From an uncultured Clostridia bacterium (GTDB lineage Bacteria > Bacillota > Clostridia > Oscillospirales > CAG-272), in assembly GCA_944384525.1 (NCBI GenBank), contig CALWTR010000044.1, positions 1 to 56,886 of the forward strand: a stretch of 56,886 nucleotides of DNA, given 5' to 3'. This document shows positions 48,212 to 56,886 of this stretch, piece by piece. Below the pieces are notes generated by a model. It did no database searches, was not told the DNA's origin, and was given only the letters and a program-made list of their open reading frames with translations. The number at the start of each line of letters is the position of its first letter. Position 1 is the first letter of the stretch. Position numbers and translations under genes: made by a program.

Positions 48212-49012
48212 ATGAATATTCTGAGCTTCGGCGGCGACAGAAGGATTCATGAAGCGCTCCGCCTTTTTCGCGCGGCAGGATACGGCGTGCAGCTGTATCC
48301 GGAGACGGGCGAGGACGCGGAGATACTGTTTTTGCCGTTCCCGGTGACGCGGGACGGAGAACATTTGAACAATTCAGAAAGAACGCCTCTTGGCGAGGCG
48401 GAGAAATTTCTTGCGGGAGCAAAATATGTTTTCGGGGGAAATATTCCGCCCGTCTTCCGCCGCTCCGGGACTGTGAGTGCGGATCTTATGCAGATAGATG
48501 GCTTTGTCAGGGAAAACGCGCGCCTGACAGCTGAGGGCGCGCTCAAAACACTGATAGGTCTGTGCGACAGGTCGCTTTCCGATTGCGTTGTCGGTATAAT
48601 AGGGTACGGGAGGATAACCTCCTCTCTTTCTCTTATGCTTCTGTCCCTCGGCTGCCGTGTAAAAATATATACCTCAAGGGAGCATATCCGTGTAGCTCTC
48701 GGGACTGTCGGGATATCGACCTCCAGCGTGTCGTATGACGGCGCGGAGGGGACCGATCTGTCCGACGTTGACATAGTAGTGAATACAGCGCCGGCTCCGG
48801 CGCTCTGCGCTCAAACGCTTGCAACTCTTCCTGCCTGCGCCCCGATACTTGAGCTTGCCTCCGGAAATAACATAGAGGAGGACGGGATACACAAAGTTGT
48901 GCGCGAAATGGGCATACCCGGCAGGGTGATGCCGCTCAGCGCCGGAAAACTTATATACGAGTATTCAAGAGAGATCCTGGAGGGATCAGACGCGCCCGCA
49001 ACTGAGCGCTGA
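48212..49012 (+). CDS. spoVFA: Dipicolinate synthase subunit A (divergent)
   Basis: GGDRR, ENARLTAEGA, IIGYGRI, VNTAPA, LELASG, GIPGRVMP; adjacent to subunit B. Confidence 0.82.
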   Translation: MNILSFGGDRRIHEALRLFRAAGYGVQLYPETGEDAEILFLPFPVTRDGEHLNNSERTPLGEAEKFLAGAKYVFGGNIPPVFRRSGTVSADLMQIDGFVRENARLTAEGALKTLIGLCDRSLSDCVVGIIGYGRITSSLSLMLLSLGCRVKIYTSREHIRVALGTVGISTSSVSYDGAEGTDLSDVDIVVNTAPAPALCAQTLATLPACAPILELASGNNIEEDGIHKVVREMGIPGRVMPLSAGKLIYEYSREILEGSDAPATER

Positions 49013-49055
49013 ATTTTTTACTTTGAGCTGAAATTTGAGGGGATAAATAAAAAAT

Positions 49056-49616
49056 ATGATAGGATATGCATTTTGCGGTTCCTTTTGTACATTGAGCCAT
49101 TCATTGGCGGCGCTCCGGCGTTTGCGGACGGAAGGGGTGGAGGTACAGCCGATAATGTCGGAGCGCGCCTGGGGGACCGATACAAGATTCTGGCGTGCGG
49201 AGGATTTTATAAAGACAGTAGAGGAAATGTGCGGCAGGGAAGTGATCCATACGATCGTGGACGCGGAGCCTTTGGGACCCGCACTGCCGCTTGAGGCGCT
49301 GGTGATAGCGCCTTGCACCGGAAATACTCTTGCGAAAATAGCGGCGGGAATAACTGATTCTTCCGTCACTATGGCGGCTAAGGCGCATCTCAGATGTGAC
49401 AGACCGCTTCTTATCGCTCTGGCGTCGAACGATTCTATGTCTCAGAACCTTTCCAATATAGCTACGTTGCTTTTGAGGAAGCAGGTGTATTTTGTTCCGA
49501 TGCGTCAGGATGATCCGGAAAAAAAGCCGCATTCTCTTGTCGCTGATTTTACTTGCCTTTCCGATTGCCTTTCCTCGGCTCTGGAGGGAAAGCAGGTCAG
49601 ACCTCTTTTCCTTTAG
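49056..49616 (+). CDS. spoVFB: Dipicolinate synthase subunit B
   Basis: GYAFCGSFCT, AEPLGP, APCTGNTLAK, MAAKAHLR, YFVPMRQDDPEKKPHSL. Confidence 0.95.
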   Translation: MIGYAFCGSFCTLSHSLAALRRLRTEGVEVQPIMSERAWGTDTRFWRAEDFIKTVEEMCGREVIHTIVDAEPLGPALPLEALVIAPCTGNTLAKIAAGITDSSVTMAAKAHLRCDRPLLIALASNDSMSQNLSNIATLLLRKQVYFVPMRQDDPEKKPHSLVADFTCLSDCLSSALEGKQVRPLFL

Positions 49617-49623
49617 ATCACAG

Positions 49624-49930
49624 AGCTAGGAGAAAGCGGGATGCCGGTGTAGTGTCCGGATTCGGTGGAGCGCCCGGCTTGCCGGCAGCTCTTGCCTAGT
49701 AGGATAACTTGAGATATAAATAAGTTCTCATTCGGACCTTTGACTCGAGAGAAATCCCGGCAGGGAAAAATATATATAACCGTAAAGCTAGGAGAAAGCG
49801 GAATGTCGGTGTAGTATCCGGATTCGGTGGAGTGCCCGGCTTGCCGGCAGCTCTTGCCTCGCAGGATAACACGGATATATAAATAGATCCTCGCTCGGAC
49901 ATTTGATTTGAGAAAACGCTGGAGAAAAAA
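49624..49930. repeat. Two-copy tandem repeat, period 162 bp
   Basis: 49624-49708 vs 49786-49870: 79/85 identical; weaker similarity continues for about 60 bp. Confidence 0.9.
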
Positions 49931-49963
49931 ACAGACCCCGAAGAAAAACGGGGTCTGTTTTTT
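49925..49963. terminator. Bidirectional terminator
   Basis: AAAAAACAGACCCCG-N9-CGGGGTCTGTTTTTT. Confidence 0.85.
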
Positions 49964-49997
49964 GAATTTTTAAGTTCAAAACATTTACGGAGGCGTA

Positions 49998-51770
49998 CTA
50001 ATTTGTACCGTTTTGTTCCTCTTTGCGTCTCATGAGGCCGCAAATCCGGCTGATCGCAAGCGCTCCTGCGGCTAATGCCGCCATAAATACCGTGCAAGTC
50101 AATAGAGGCATTGAAAAATAAGGCGATGAAATAAGGTTGTAAGCGGTCACGGTTATTTCTCCCTCGGTCCCGGCTCCGGAGATCCTAATCTCGCCTCCGC
50201 TCTTTGAAATATAGGTAAAATCCCCACTTTCGTTTACATTTATAAGAAATGCGCGGTCAGAGGACTGGAACTGCTCGCCGTTTACTGTTATGCGGATAAG
50301 AGCGGCGCTTTCCGGCATCAGCAAACTCAGCGATTTTTCCATATAAGATATCATTGTATCGGCGCCTGAGTTCGCAGTATAAAAGAATTCATCGCCGTCG
50401 CTCGTTACGGTCACATTCGAAAGTATCTCTTCTTTTTTGTTATCCTGCCCGCGCGTATATGCCATATATCCGTTGGTGTACACCGATGAGCCAAGAACAA
50501 CAAGAGAGAGCACAAGGGCTGATGTTCGTATAGCTATGCCTGCCGCACCGCATCCATGCGGCTTTAATGCGGCTAGCAAAACGGGAGGAATGAGAAAAAT
50601 AAATATCGCCGCATATGGGATCACTGTGACATCAAAACTGACGGCGGACATCGGTGCGGAAGAAAGTATGAGCAGAAGGAGGAGCCATACAGAGCTCATC
50701 GCAAGCAACAGCGCGGACGAGCCTTTTTCTGTTTTTGTCTCGTTAACACTGCATTTGTTCGCGGCGGGCAAATTCACAGAGGGCAAGGCGATCTCGCTTT
50801 TTTTTAGGTCAGTTCCGAATTTATTCACGGTGGAGTCGCTTTCTTTCAAGTCGGTTTCAGATTTGTTCAGGGCGGATGCGCTTTCGCCTTCCTTACTGCA
50901 AACGCTACTTTTATCCACAGACGATAAGATCGCGCCGACTGTCGCGGAGAGCGCGCCGAATGCTGATATGAACACCAGTGCGGCATATATTCGCCCAAAT
51001 ACTGATCCGAAAATGTTTTCAAGCTCATCCGCTGCATCAGCCGCTCCTGATCCGTAATAACCGGATATACATACGACTGCGAAAACAACCACTGTCACTG
51101 CCGCGGCAATGCTTTTCCCGCTTTTTCCTTTGCCTGACGAGAGGAGCAGAGGCCATCCGGCAAATATGAGAAGTGAGGCGCAGAATGCCGAAGAGGTATC
51201 TCCGGCCGACACTGAAAACAGCTCCTGACTCCCGTATGCTCCTGATGTCACTCCGTATATTATCCCGGCGCAGGCGAGCACGGCCGGAGGGAGAAGTATT
51301 GCAACAGCGGCGGCTATCCTGCCTTTTTCGCATCCGTGACCCGCGATATGCCGAAGTAAAAACGTAAATATAAGAAACAGAAATGAGAGAGACGCGATCA
51401 TCGTACCGTTCCCGTCGGCTCCGAAAACAGCCGCGGCGTACTTTGCGGCCGTAAATGCAAATGTCGCCGTCATTGCAGGATAGTATGCGACAGCCATGAA
51501 CCATTTGAAAAACTCCCCGTATCCAGCTCCGGCGCAACGTGAGACCGCAGAGGATATGTCGTCGCTGTCGGTAGCGGCGCTTTTAAGCGCCAGAAGGCAA
51601 ATGACGGCAGGGAGACAGGCGACAAATGCGGCAATTATTGCCGACAGCATTCCGGCTCCGCCGGCACGCATCGTTTGCGGCGCTAGCAAAAGTCCGGGGA
51701 CAGCGGCAGCCGAAAATATCAAAAATGCATTTTTTGTAAATGAAACTTTACTGAATGAAGAATTGTTCAT
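49998..51770 (-). CDS. Divergent APC-superfamily (amino acid permease-like) membrane protein with inserted soluble segments
   Basis: About 12 hydrophobic segments; WFMAVAYYPA, IFAGW, VFISAFGALS resemble APC permeases. Confidence 0.6.
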   Translation of the reverse strand: MNNSSFSKVSFTKNAFLIFSAAAVPGLLLAPQTMRAGGAGMLSAIIAAFVACLPAVICLLALKSAATDSDDISSAVSRCAGAGYGEFFKWFMAVAYYPAMTATFAFTAAKYAAAVFGADGNGTMIASLSFLFLIFTFLLRHIAGHGCEKGRIAAAVAILLPPAVLACAGIIYGVTSGAYGSQELFSVSAGDTSSAFCASLLIFAGWPLLLSSGKGKSGKSIAAAVTVVVFAVVCISGYYGSGAADAADELENIFGSVFGRIYAALVFISAFGALSATVGAILSSVDKSSVCSKEGESASALNKSETDLKESDSTVNKFGTDLKKSEIALPSVNLPAANKCSVNETKTEKGSSALLLAMSSVWLLLLLILSSAPMSAVSFDVTVIPYAAIFIFLIPPVLLAALKPHGCGAAGIAIRTSALVLSLVVLGSSVYTNGYMAYTRGQDNKKEEILSNVTVTSDGDEFFYTANSGADTMISYMEKSLSLLMPESAALIRITVNGEQFQSSDRAFLINVNESGDFTYISKSGGEIRISGAGTEGEITVTAYNLISSPYFSMPLLTCTVFMAALAAGALAISRICGLMRRKEEQNGTN

Positions 51771-51816
51771 AAAAACTCCGTTATATTTTCGCTTGCTTTA
51801 TTATAACTAGATTTTT

Positions 51817-51972
51817 TGCAACTCGGTCCGGCTCAACTTTACCCGTTGCGGCTTTGATCGGTGTAGTTTGATTTTCCGTAACTTCGTTCTCCCCGATTAA
51901 GCTTCTCTGCAACTCAGCTCGGCTCAACTTTATTCGTTGTGACAAAGTTTTCCGTAATTCGGTCACCGTGAT
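51817..51972. repeat. Degenerate two-copy tandem repeat, period 91 bp
   Basis: TGCAACTC..GGCTCAACTTTA..CGTTG at 51817 and 51908; TTTTCCGTAA at 51872 and 51948. Confidence 0.7.
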
Positions 51973-51995
51973 CCGGATATATCAGGATGTTCTGT

Positions 51996-52961
51996 TTATA
52001 GCTTCTGCTTTCTGATATCCGTGCCGTCAAAAGCCATCCAGATGAATTCTCCGAGCAGGCGGCTCGTTATCCTGTCGTCATATCGAGCTCGCAGCTGTTC
52101 CGGGGTGAGGTTGGAGCTTATTATTGTAGATAGACCGCGGTTTATACGCGTATTTATTATATTGTAGATGCAGGCTACCGTGAACTGATTTGACACCTCG
52201 GCGCCCAGGTCGTCTATTATCAGCAGCTCACAGACGAGATATTTTTCCGCACGGGAGCCTGAGTCTCCTCTTCCTGTTTTGAAACGATCATATTCAAAGT
52301 CGGAAATAATATTCTGCGCGCTCTCGTAGAGCACATCGAACCCGCGTTCGATTATCCTCTTTGCCATTGCGGTTGACAGATGTGTCTTTCCCAGTCCGGT
52401 ATTTCCGGATAAAAACACGTTTCGCGGCTCCTTGCCGAACTCCTCGGCTATTTTTTTTGCCTCCTCGAGATTATGTTTCATCATCTCGTAGTTTTCCTTT
52501 GAGGACATATAGTAATTCAAATCAAAGTTGTCAAAACTTTGCTTTTCGATAAGGTTGCCGATCCCGGACGATCTGAATCCCTCCATTATCAACTCACGGC
52601 GCATGCATTTGCACATACGTTCGCCTACAAAGCCGGTATCGGAGCACTCCGGGCAGGTATATTTTATTTCGGTGTAATCGGCGGGCAGGTCGAGCGCCGC
52701 AAGGATGGCTGCGCGGGATTCCTGCAGTTGGGCGTTTTCATTGCGTATCCGCTCTATTTGCTCGCGCACGTTTTCTCCGCCGGAGCACGCTGTACGGAAC
52801 AATTTCAGGCCGGTCCTCGTGAGTATCCTGTCTATCTCAGCGATCTCCGGAGATCTGCGGTGGAGCTCTTCGCGCCGTCTCTCCGCGTCGGATATTGCAC
52901 GTATCCTGCGTTCTTCTATCCGGTCTTTTACCTTTTTGTAATTTTCTGAGTTATATCCCAT
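51996..52961 (-). CDS. DnaC/DnaI-like helicase-loader ATPase
   Basis: Zn site CPECSDTG...CKC, Walker A GNTGLGKT, LLIIDDLG, RITSRL. Confidence 0.9.
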   Translation of the reverse strand: MGYNSENYKKVKDRIEERRIRAISDAERRREELHRRSPEIAEIDRILTRTGLKLFRTACSGGENVREQIERIRNENAQLQESRAAILAALDLPADYTEIKYTCPECSDTGFVGERMCKCMRRELIMEGFRSSGIGNLIEKQSFDNFDLNYYMSSKENYEMMKHNLEEAKKIAEEFGKEPRNVFLSGNTGLGKTHLSTAMAKRIIERGFDVLYESAQNIISDFEYDRFKTGRGDSGSRAEKYLVCELLIIDDLGAEVSNQFTVACIYNIINTRINRGLSTIISSNLTPEQLRARYDDRITSRLLGEFIWMAFDGTDIRKQKL

Positions 52962-52979
52962 TTCGATCTACCTCAGCAG

Positions 52980-53954
52980 TTATTTTTTTCCGTAGCTCCG
53001 TTCAAGAGCTTTTTTAAAAAAGTCATCGGTATCAAAGCTGCCGGACACCGGTCCGGCGGCCGCTTTCCCGCTGCTTTTTCTTCGCGCGGGGCGCTCTTTC
53101 TCGGGAGAGTTCTTGTTTTCGAGTATTTTCGCCTCACAGTCGGCGACGGTGCGGCAACCTTCCGCGTTCCAGTTTGAGAGTATCTTGTCGGCGTATCCGA
53201 CGGACGCCTTTCCCGTTTGATCTGCCGTAAGGTCATATGCCAGCCGTATTATATCCTCGCCGTATGAAAAATCGTTTATCCATTTATCAAAGCAGGCGCT
53301 TTCCTTCTTTGTGAGCGCCCTGTCACCGAATCCGAACAGACGGCGGAGCTTGCCCTCCTGAGAGAGCATTTTTTCACGCCGGATTATGTAATCGTTGAGC
53401 GAGTCGAGCGTGTCTATCCCGCTGTCGGTCAAGCTGAACGCGACCTTTTCCGCGTATCTAAGAGTCTTTTTCTCCAAAGTATTGAAGCAGAACGCTATCA
53501 AAGTCAATATATATCCCTCTCCCAGGGATAGCTCGTTTCTCATCCCTACTATTATGGACAGCTCGTTCTGGTTGAATGTCTTGCCGCATATCTTTTCGCA
53601 TTCGTCTATAAGACTTGAGAGACCGAGACCGTCTATCTTCTCGGCGAGCTCCTTTGCGTCCGGCCGGTAAAATTCATCCGTAACCTTACGCTTTATCGGT
53701 AAAGGAGCAGGGGAGACGCTTTCGCTCTCTTCCGCGTCTGATCTGCTCATAACCGAGTGCTCTGTCCAGTATTCCGCCGCGCCCTCTGCGCGAGGGACCG
53801 AGCAACCTGCCGCACGCGCCAGCTCCTCTGCGGTAGCTCCTCCCAACTCCTTTGCCGCGATAAGTATACGGAGGTCGTCGGCAGACGCGTTTATAAATGC
53901 ATCTGTACCGCATATCTTGCGTTCCGGCTCAGGTATGTATTTGCTTGCAGACAT
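52980..53954 (-). CDS. DnaD domain replication protein
   Basis: Two DnaD-like repeats (YAEKVAFSLTDSGIDT; YADKILSNWNAEGCRT); paired with the DnaC-like gene. Confidence 0.85.
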   Translation of the reverse strand: MSASKYIPEPERKICGTDAFINASADDLRILIAAKELGGATAEELARAAGCSVPRAEGAAEYWTEHSVMSRSDAEESESVSPAPLPIKRKVTDEFYRPDAKELAEKIDGLGLSSLIDECEKICGKTFNQNELSIIVGMRNELSLGEGYILTLIAFCFNTLEKKTLRYAEKVAFSLTDSGIDTLDSLNDYIIRREKMLSQEGKLRRLFGFGDRALTKKESACFDKWINDFSYGEDIIRLAYDLTADQTGKASVGYADKILSNWNAEGCRTVADCEAKILENKNSPEKERPARRKSSGKAAAGPVSGSFDTDDFFKKALERSYGKK

Positions 53955-54673
53955 TATTTTCCCTCCACTTCCGGGCGGGCCTCGTGTTTGTCCTCTTTAG
54001 AGACCATCTCATAACAGAGCGTCATCAGAGAGTCGCCTATATGCATATTCTGGACGATCACGTCGTATTCGTCAAGTCGGAGCTCCATGTTGGCAAAGTT
54101 CCATATCCCGCGGACCCCCGCCTTTGCCATCGTTTCCGCGACACCAGCCGCCGCATCTCGCGGGACAGTCAGCACTCCTATGTCGATCCTGTTTTCTCTG
54201 CAGTAGTTCTCAAGCTCGTCCACATGATATACTTTCAGGTCTGAGAAAGTCTTACCGACGAGTTCCTCGTCAATGTCAAACAGTGCCGAGCGTATGACTC
54301 CGCGTCTTTCGAACATGTGGCTGGAGACCAGTGCTTTACCGAGATTTCCGGCTCCAACGATGACAGCGCGGTACCCGGCGGATACGCCGAGCAGTTCGCT
54401 GATTTTGCCGTACAGATATTTTACGTTATAGCCGTAGCCCTGCTGTCCGAAGCCGCCGAAGCAGTTCAGATCTTGGCGGATCTGGGATGCGGTCACTCGC
54501 ATTATCCGCGACAGCTCGCTTGACGATATACGCAGCCTGTCGTTGCGGAGCAGTTCGCCGAGGTATCTGTGATAACGCGGCAGTCTTTTTATAACGGCGG
54601 GAGAGACCGAGTCCCTCGATACGGCGGGGGCGCGTCTGCCGAAAGTTCCGTTTACCTTGTCTATTCTTTCCAT
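53954..54673 (-). CDS. rex: Redox-sensing transcriptional repressor Rex
   Basis: RLPRYHRYL, SQIRQDLNCFGGFGQQGYGY, VGAGNLG, GIWNFA. Confidence 0.96.
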   Translation of the reverse strand: MERIDKVNGTFGRRAPAVSRDSVSPAVIKRLPRYHRYLGELLRNDRLRISSSELSRIMRVTASQIRQDLNCFGGFGQQGYGYNVKYLYGKISELLGVSAGYRAVIVGAGNLGKALVSSHMFERRGVIRSALFDIDEELVGKTFSDLKVYHVDELENYCRENRIDIGVLTVPRDAAAGVAETMAKAGVRGIWNFANMELRLDEYDVIVQNMHIGDSLMTLCYEMVSKEDKHEARPEVEGK

Positions 54674-54715
54674 TATCGATATGCCTTTCGGTTTGGAGAT
54701 TTTACCTGCTTGTCG

Positions 54716-55801
54716 TCAGATCGCCGAATCCTCTGCGCTGGCGTTAAGCGTTGAGGCGGCAATGTGTCCGTCCTTGTATTCGTAATATCCCTGCGCCGCT
54801 ATCATTGCGGCATTGTCTCCGCAGAGGCGGACCGGGGGGATAATAAGTTTTACGTTCTTTTTTGAGGCGAGCAGAGAGAGAGCATGCCTTAAGTGAGAGT
54901 TTGCCGCCACACCTCCGGCAACTACAAGAGGGAGTCCGGGATGCCTGTCCATCGCATCGGAAATTTTTTCGGTCACAGCCTCTACCGCCTGATATGTGTA
55001 TTCCGCCGCAAAGAGCTCTCGCGGCAGTTCGTCTCCCTTTTGCTCAAAACGGTGGATCAAATTGATCGCCGCTGTTTTAAGTCCGGAAAACGAGAGGTCG
55101 AGCGACCCGTCCTTTATCGCAGGCGAGGGAAGGTGCATTGCCGGGTCGCGGTGCGCCGCGCTGGAGGCAAATGCAGAGTAGAAGTCTTTTGCATCGGGAG
55201 ATGCTTTGCGGAATCCCTGTTCCGCTAGGCGGTCGAATCCGGCTCCTGCGGGGTAGGGTATACCTATCATTCTGCCTATTTTGTCAAAGGACTCTCCCAT
55301 TGCGTCATCACGCGTAGAGCCGAGAAGGGAAAACCTTGTCCTGCTCTCCGCCAGATATATAGCAGTATGCCCGCCTGATACTGCGAGCGCTATAAAAGGG
55401 GGAACGGCGGTCTCACCGCCGTCAGTGTCTATGTAAGACGCCGCTATATGTCCCTTTATATGGTCGACGGCGACAAGAGGTATGTTGTTGGAAAACGCGA
55501 GCGATTTTGCAAAGTTGACACCGACGAGTAGCGCACCGATAAGTCCGGGGTTTGAGGTTACTGCTACCAGCTCTATATCCTTTATCGTGCATTTAGCCTC
55601 GCGCAGAGCCTCATAGGTCAGGGAGCTGATCGTATCAGCGTGCGCTCGGCTTGCTATCTCCGGTACAACGCCGCCGTAAAGCGCGTGTATACCTATCTGT
55701 GAAAATATTGCATTTGATCTTACGGTGATCCTGTCTTTATCCGCCTCTATCACAGACGCCGAGGTCTCATCACATGAGCTTTCGATTCCCAGTATCAGCA
55801 T
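54716..55801 (-). CDS. tsaD: tRNA N6-threonylcarbamoyltransferase TsaD
   Basis: LGIESSCDET, GGVVPEIASRAH, HIKGH, SGGHT, SFSGLKT, DNAAMIA. Confidence 0.96.
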   Translation of the reverse strand: MLILGIESSCDETSASVIEADKDRITVRSNAIFSQIGIHALYGGVVPEIASRAHADTISSLTYEALREAKCTIKDIELVAVTSNPGLIGALLVGVNFAKSLAFSNNIPLVAVDHIKGHIAASYIDTDGGETAVPPFIALAVSGGHTAIYLAESRTRFSLLGSTRDDAMGESFDKIGRMIGIPYPAGAGFDRLAEQGFRKASPDAKDFYSAFASSAAHRDPAMHLPSPAIKDGSLDLSFSGLKTAAINLIHRFEQKGDELPRELFAAEYTYQAVEAVTEKISDAMDRHPGLPLVVAGGVAANSHLRHALSLLASKKNVKLIIPPVRLCGDNAAMIAAQGYYEYKDGHIAASTLNASAEDSAI

Positions 55802-56273
55802 TTATGTCTCCTAACAGTGATATCCGCTCCGGCGGGATGTCCGCGCACATGAGCACCGCGTCTTCGCGCGGCTTGATATAATAATTTTTCCTTATCCCGG
55901 TCTCTCTGAATCCCAAAGAACTGTACAGCGCTCGTGCCGCCGTATTCCCGGATCGGACTTCAAGGTATGCTTTTTTCGCTCCGGCTTTCTCCGCCTCGTT
56001 TAAAAATGCGGTCAACAGCATCGTTCCAGCTCCTCTGCGCCGGAATTCCGGAAGAACGGTGAGCCTCAAAATTTCCGCCTCATCCGCCACCGCACTGCCT
56101 ATGATATAGCCGATATTTTGTCCGGATCCCTCACAGCAAAGCAGTATCGCTCCCGATCCCAGAGAGGAGACGAGCGACGCCTCGCTCCAGGGGTCCGGAT
56201 ACGTCGCGGCTTCCGCCTTCGATACGAATGCCGTAAGTTCCGAGTCGTTCTTATTTACGGATATTATTCTCAT
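55770..56273 (-). CDS. rimI: Ribosomal-protein-alanine N-acetyltransferase RimI
   Basis: PDPWS, RRRGAG, LEVRSGNTAARALY, IRKNYY...EDA. Confidence 0.9.
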   Translation of the reverse strand: MRIISVNKNDSELTAFVSKAEAATYPDPWSEASLVSSLGSGAILLCCEGSGQNIGYIIGSAVADEAEILRLTVLPEFRRRGAGTMLLTAFLNEAEKAGAKKAYLEVRSGNTAARALYSSLGFRETGIRKNYYIKPREDAVLMCADIPPERISLLGDINADTGNRKLM

Positions 56274-56423
56274 AATCAATTGATCAATTAAAAGCTCGAT
56301 CAGCAGCTCCACAAAAGCTTATCTTGAAAATTTGTAGGAAAATCCTTTTGAAATTTTTATCGCAGATAATTTAGTATCCGATCGTGTTCGGATATGCATG
56401 AGTGGTTTTCCGGCCGTTCGTTT

Positions 56424-56886
56424 TTAAAGGCCTTTAACAAACTCTTTAAGGAAACTAACATATTGTTCGCCTATTTCGGGATGAGATACGGCGGCGGCCG
56501 TATTAGCCATCATGAATCCCAGCTTAGACCCCATATCATATCGCGTTCCTTCAAATTCCAGCGCGGTAACACCGCTTTTTCTGGCTGAAATCGCCATAGC
56601 GTCAGTCAATTGTATCTCATTGTTCGCACCCGGGGCAAGCCCGTCGATTATATCGAAAATATCAGGGGTAAGAAGTACCCGGCCGAGTATAGAAAGATTG
56701 GAAAACTCCTCGCCGGGGCGCGGCTTTTCTATCATATCGTCACAAAAATATTCTCGCTCGCTACCTGGAATGCTCTCCACTTTCAATGAGCAATATCGGC
56801 AAAGCTGATCCGCTGGCACGCGGTTTACTCCGACCACCGGCCTTCCGTACCTTTCAAAACTGTCCATGAGCTGTTTGCAGACCGGT
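56424..56886 (-). CDS. galU: UTP--glucose-1-phosphate uridylyltransferase, 3' part (start outside window)
   Basis: MIEKP, LGRVLLTPDIF, NEIQLTDA, RYDMGSKLGF. Confidence 0.9.
   Translation of the reverse strand, partial: PVCKQLMDSFERYGRPVVGVNRVPADQLCRYCSLKVESIPGSEREYFCDDMIEKPRPGEEFSNLSILGRVLLTPDIFDIIDGLAPGANNEIQLTDAMAISARKSGVTALEFEGTRYDMGSKLGFMMANTAAAVSHPEIGEQYVSFLKEFVKGL

Noticed and set aside
49624-49930. CRISPR array
   Set aside because: Only two units, repeats too long (85+ bp), intervening sequences are themselves similar, no cas genes
51996-53954. DnaD + DnaC-like pair as a prophage or IS21 replication module
   Set aside because: Embedded among housekeeping genes, host-like composition, no integrase, transposase or phage genes nearby

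Overview
Chromosomal window from a spore-forming Clostridia-type Firmicute, roughly 50-55% GC by eye (spoVAF-like gene, spoVFA/spoVFB, nifJ, greA-lysS, rimI-tsaD-rex). It holds about 42 CDS, mostly housekeeping (translation, RNA modification, repair, replication), and one tRNA-Gln(CTG). I see no integrase, transposase, phage structural gene or CRISPR array. The best candidate for an undescribed system is at about 35.9-47.7 kb: a GldA/F/G-like ABC transporter, a membrane-anchored DUF4340-like protein with repeated FKBP-like segments, and two acidic lipoproteins built on a trigger-factor scaffold. Together they suggest an extracytoplasmic export or folding machine. Other oddities are a structured element behind the tRNA that can pair with its CCA end, a 162-bp tandem duplication of a GC-rich hairpin, a lower-GC tRNA-binding domain fused to LysS, and face-to-face promoters. 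All family calls come from motif recognition by eye; no searches were run.
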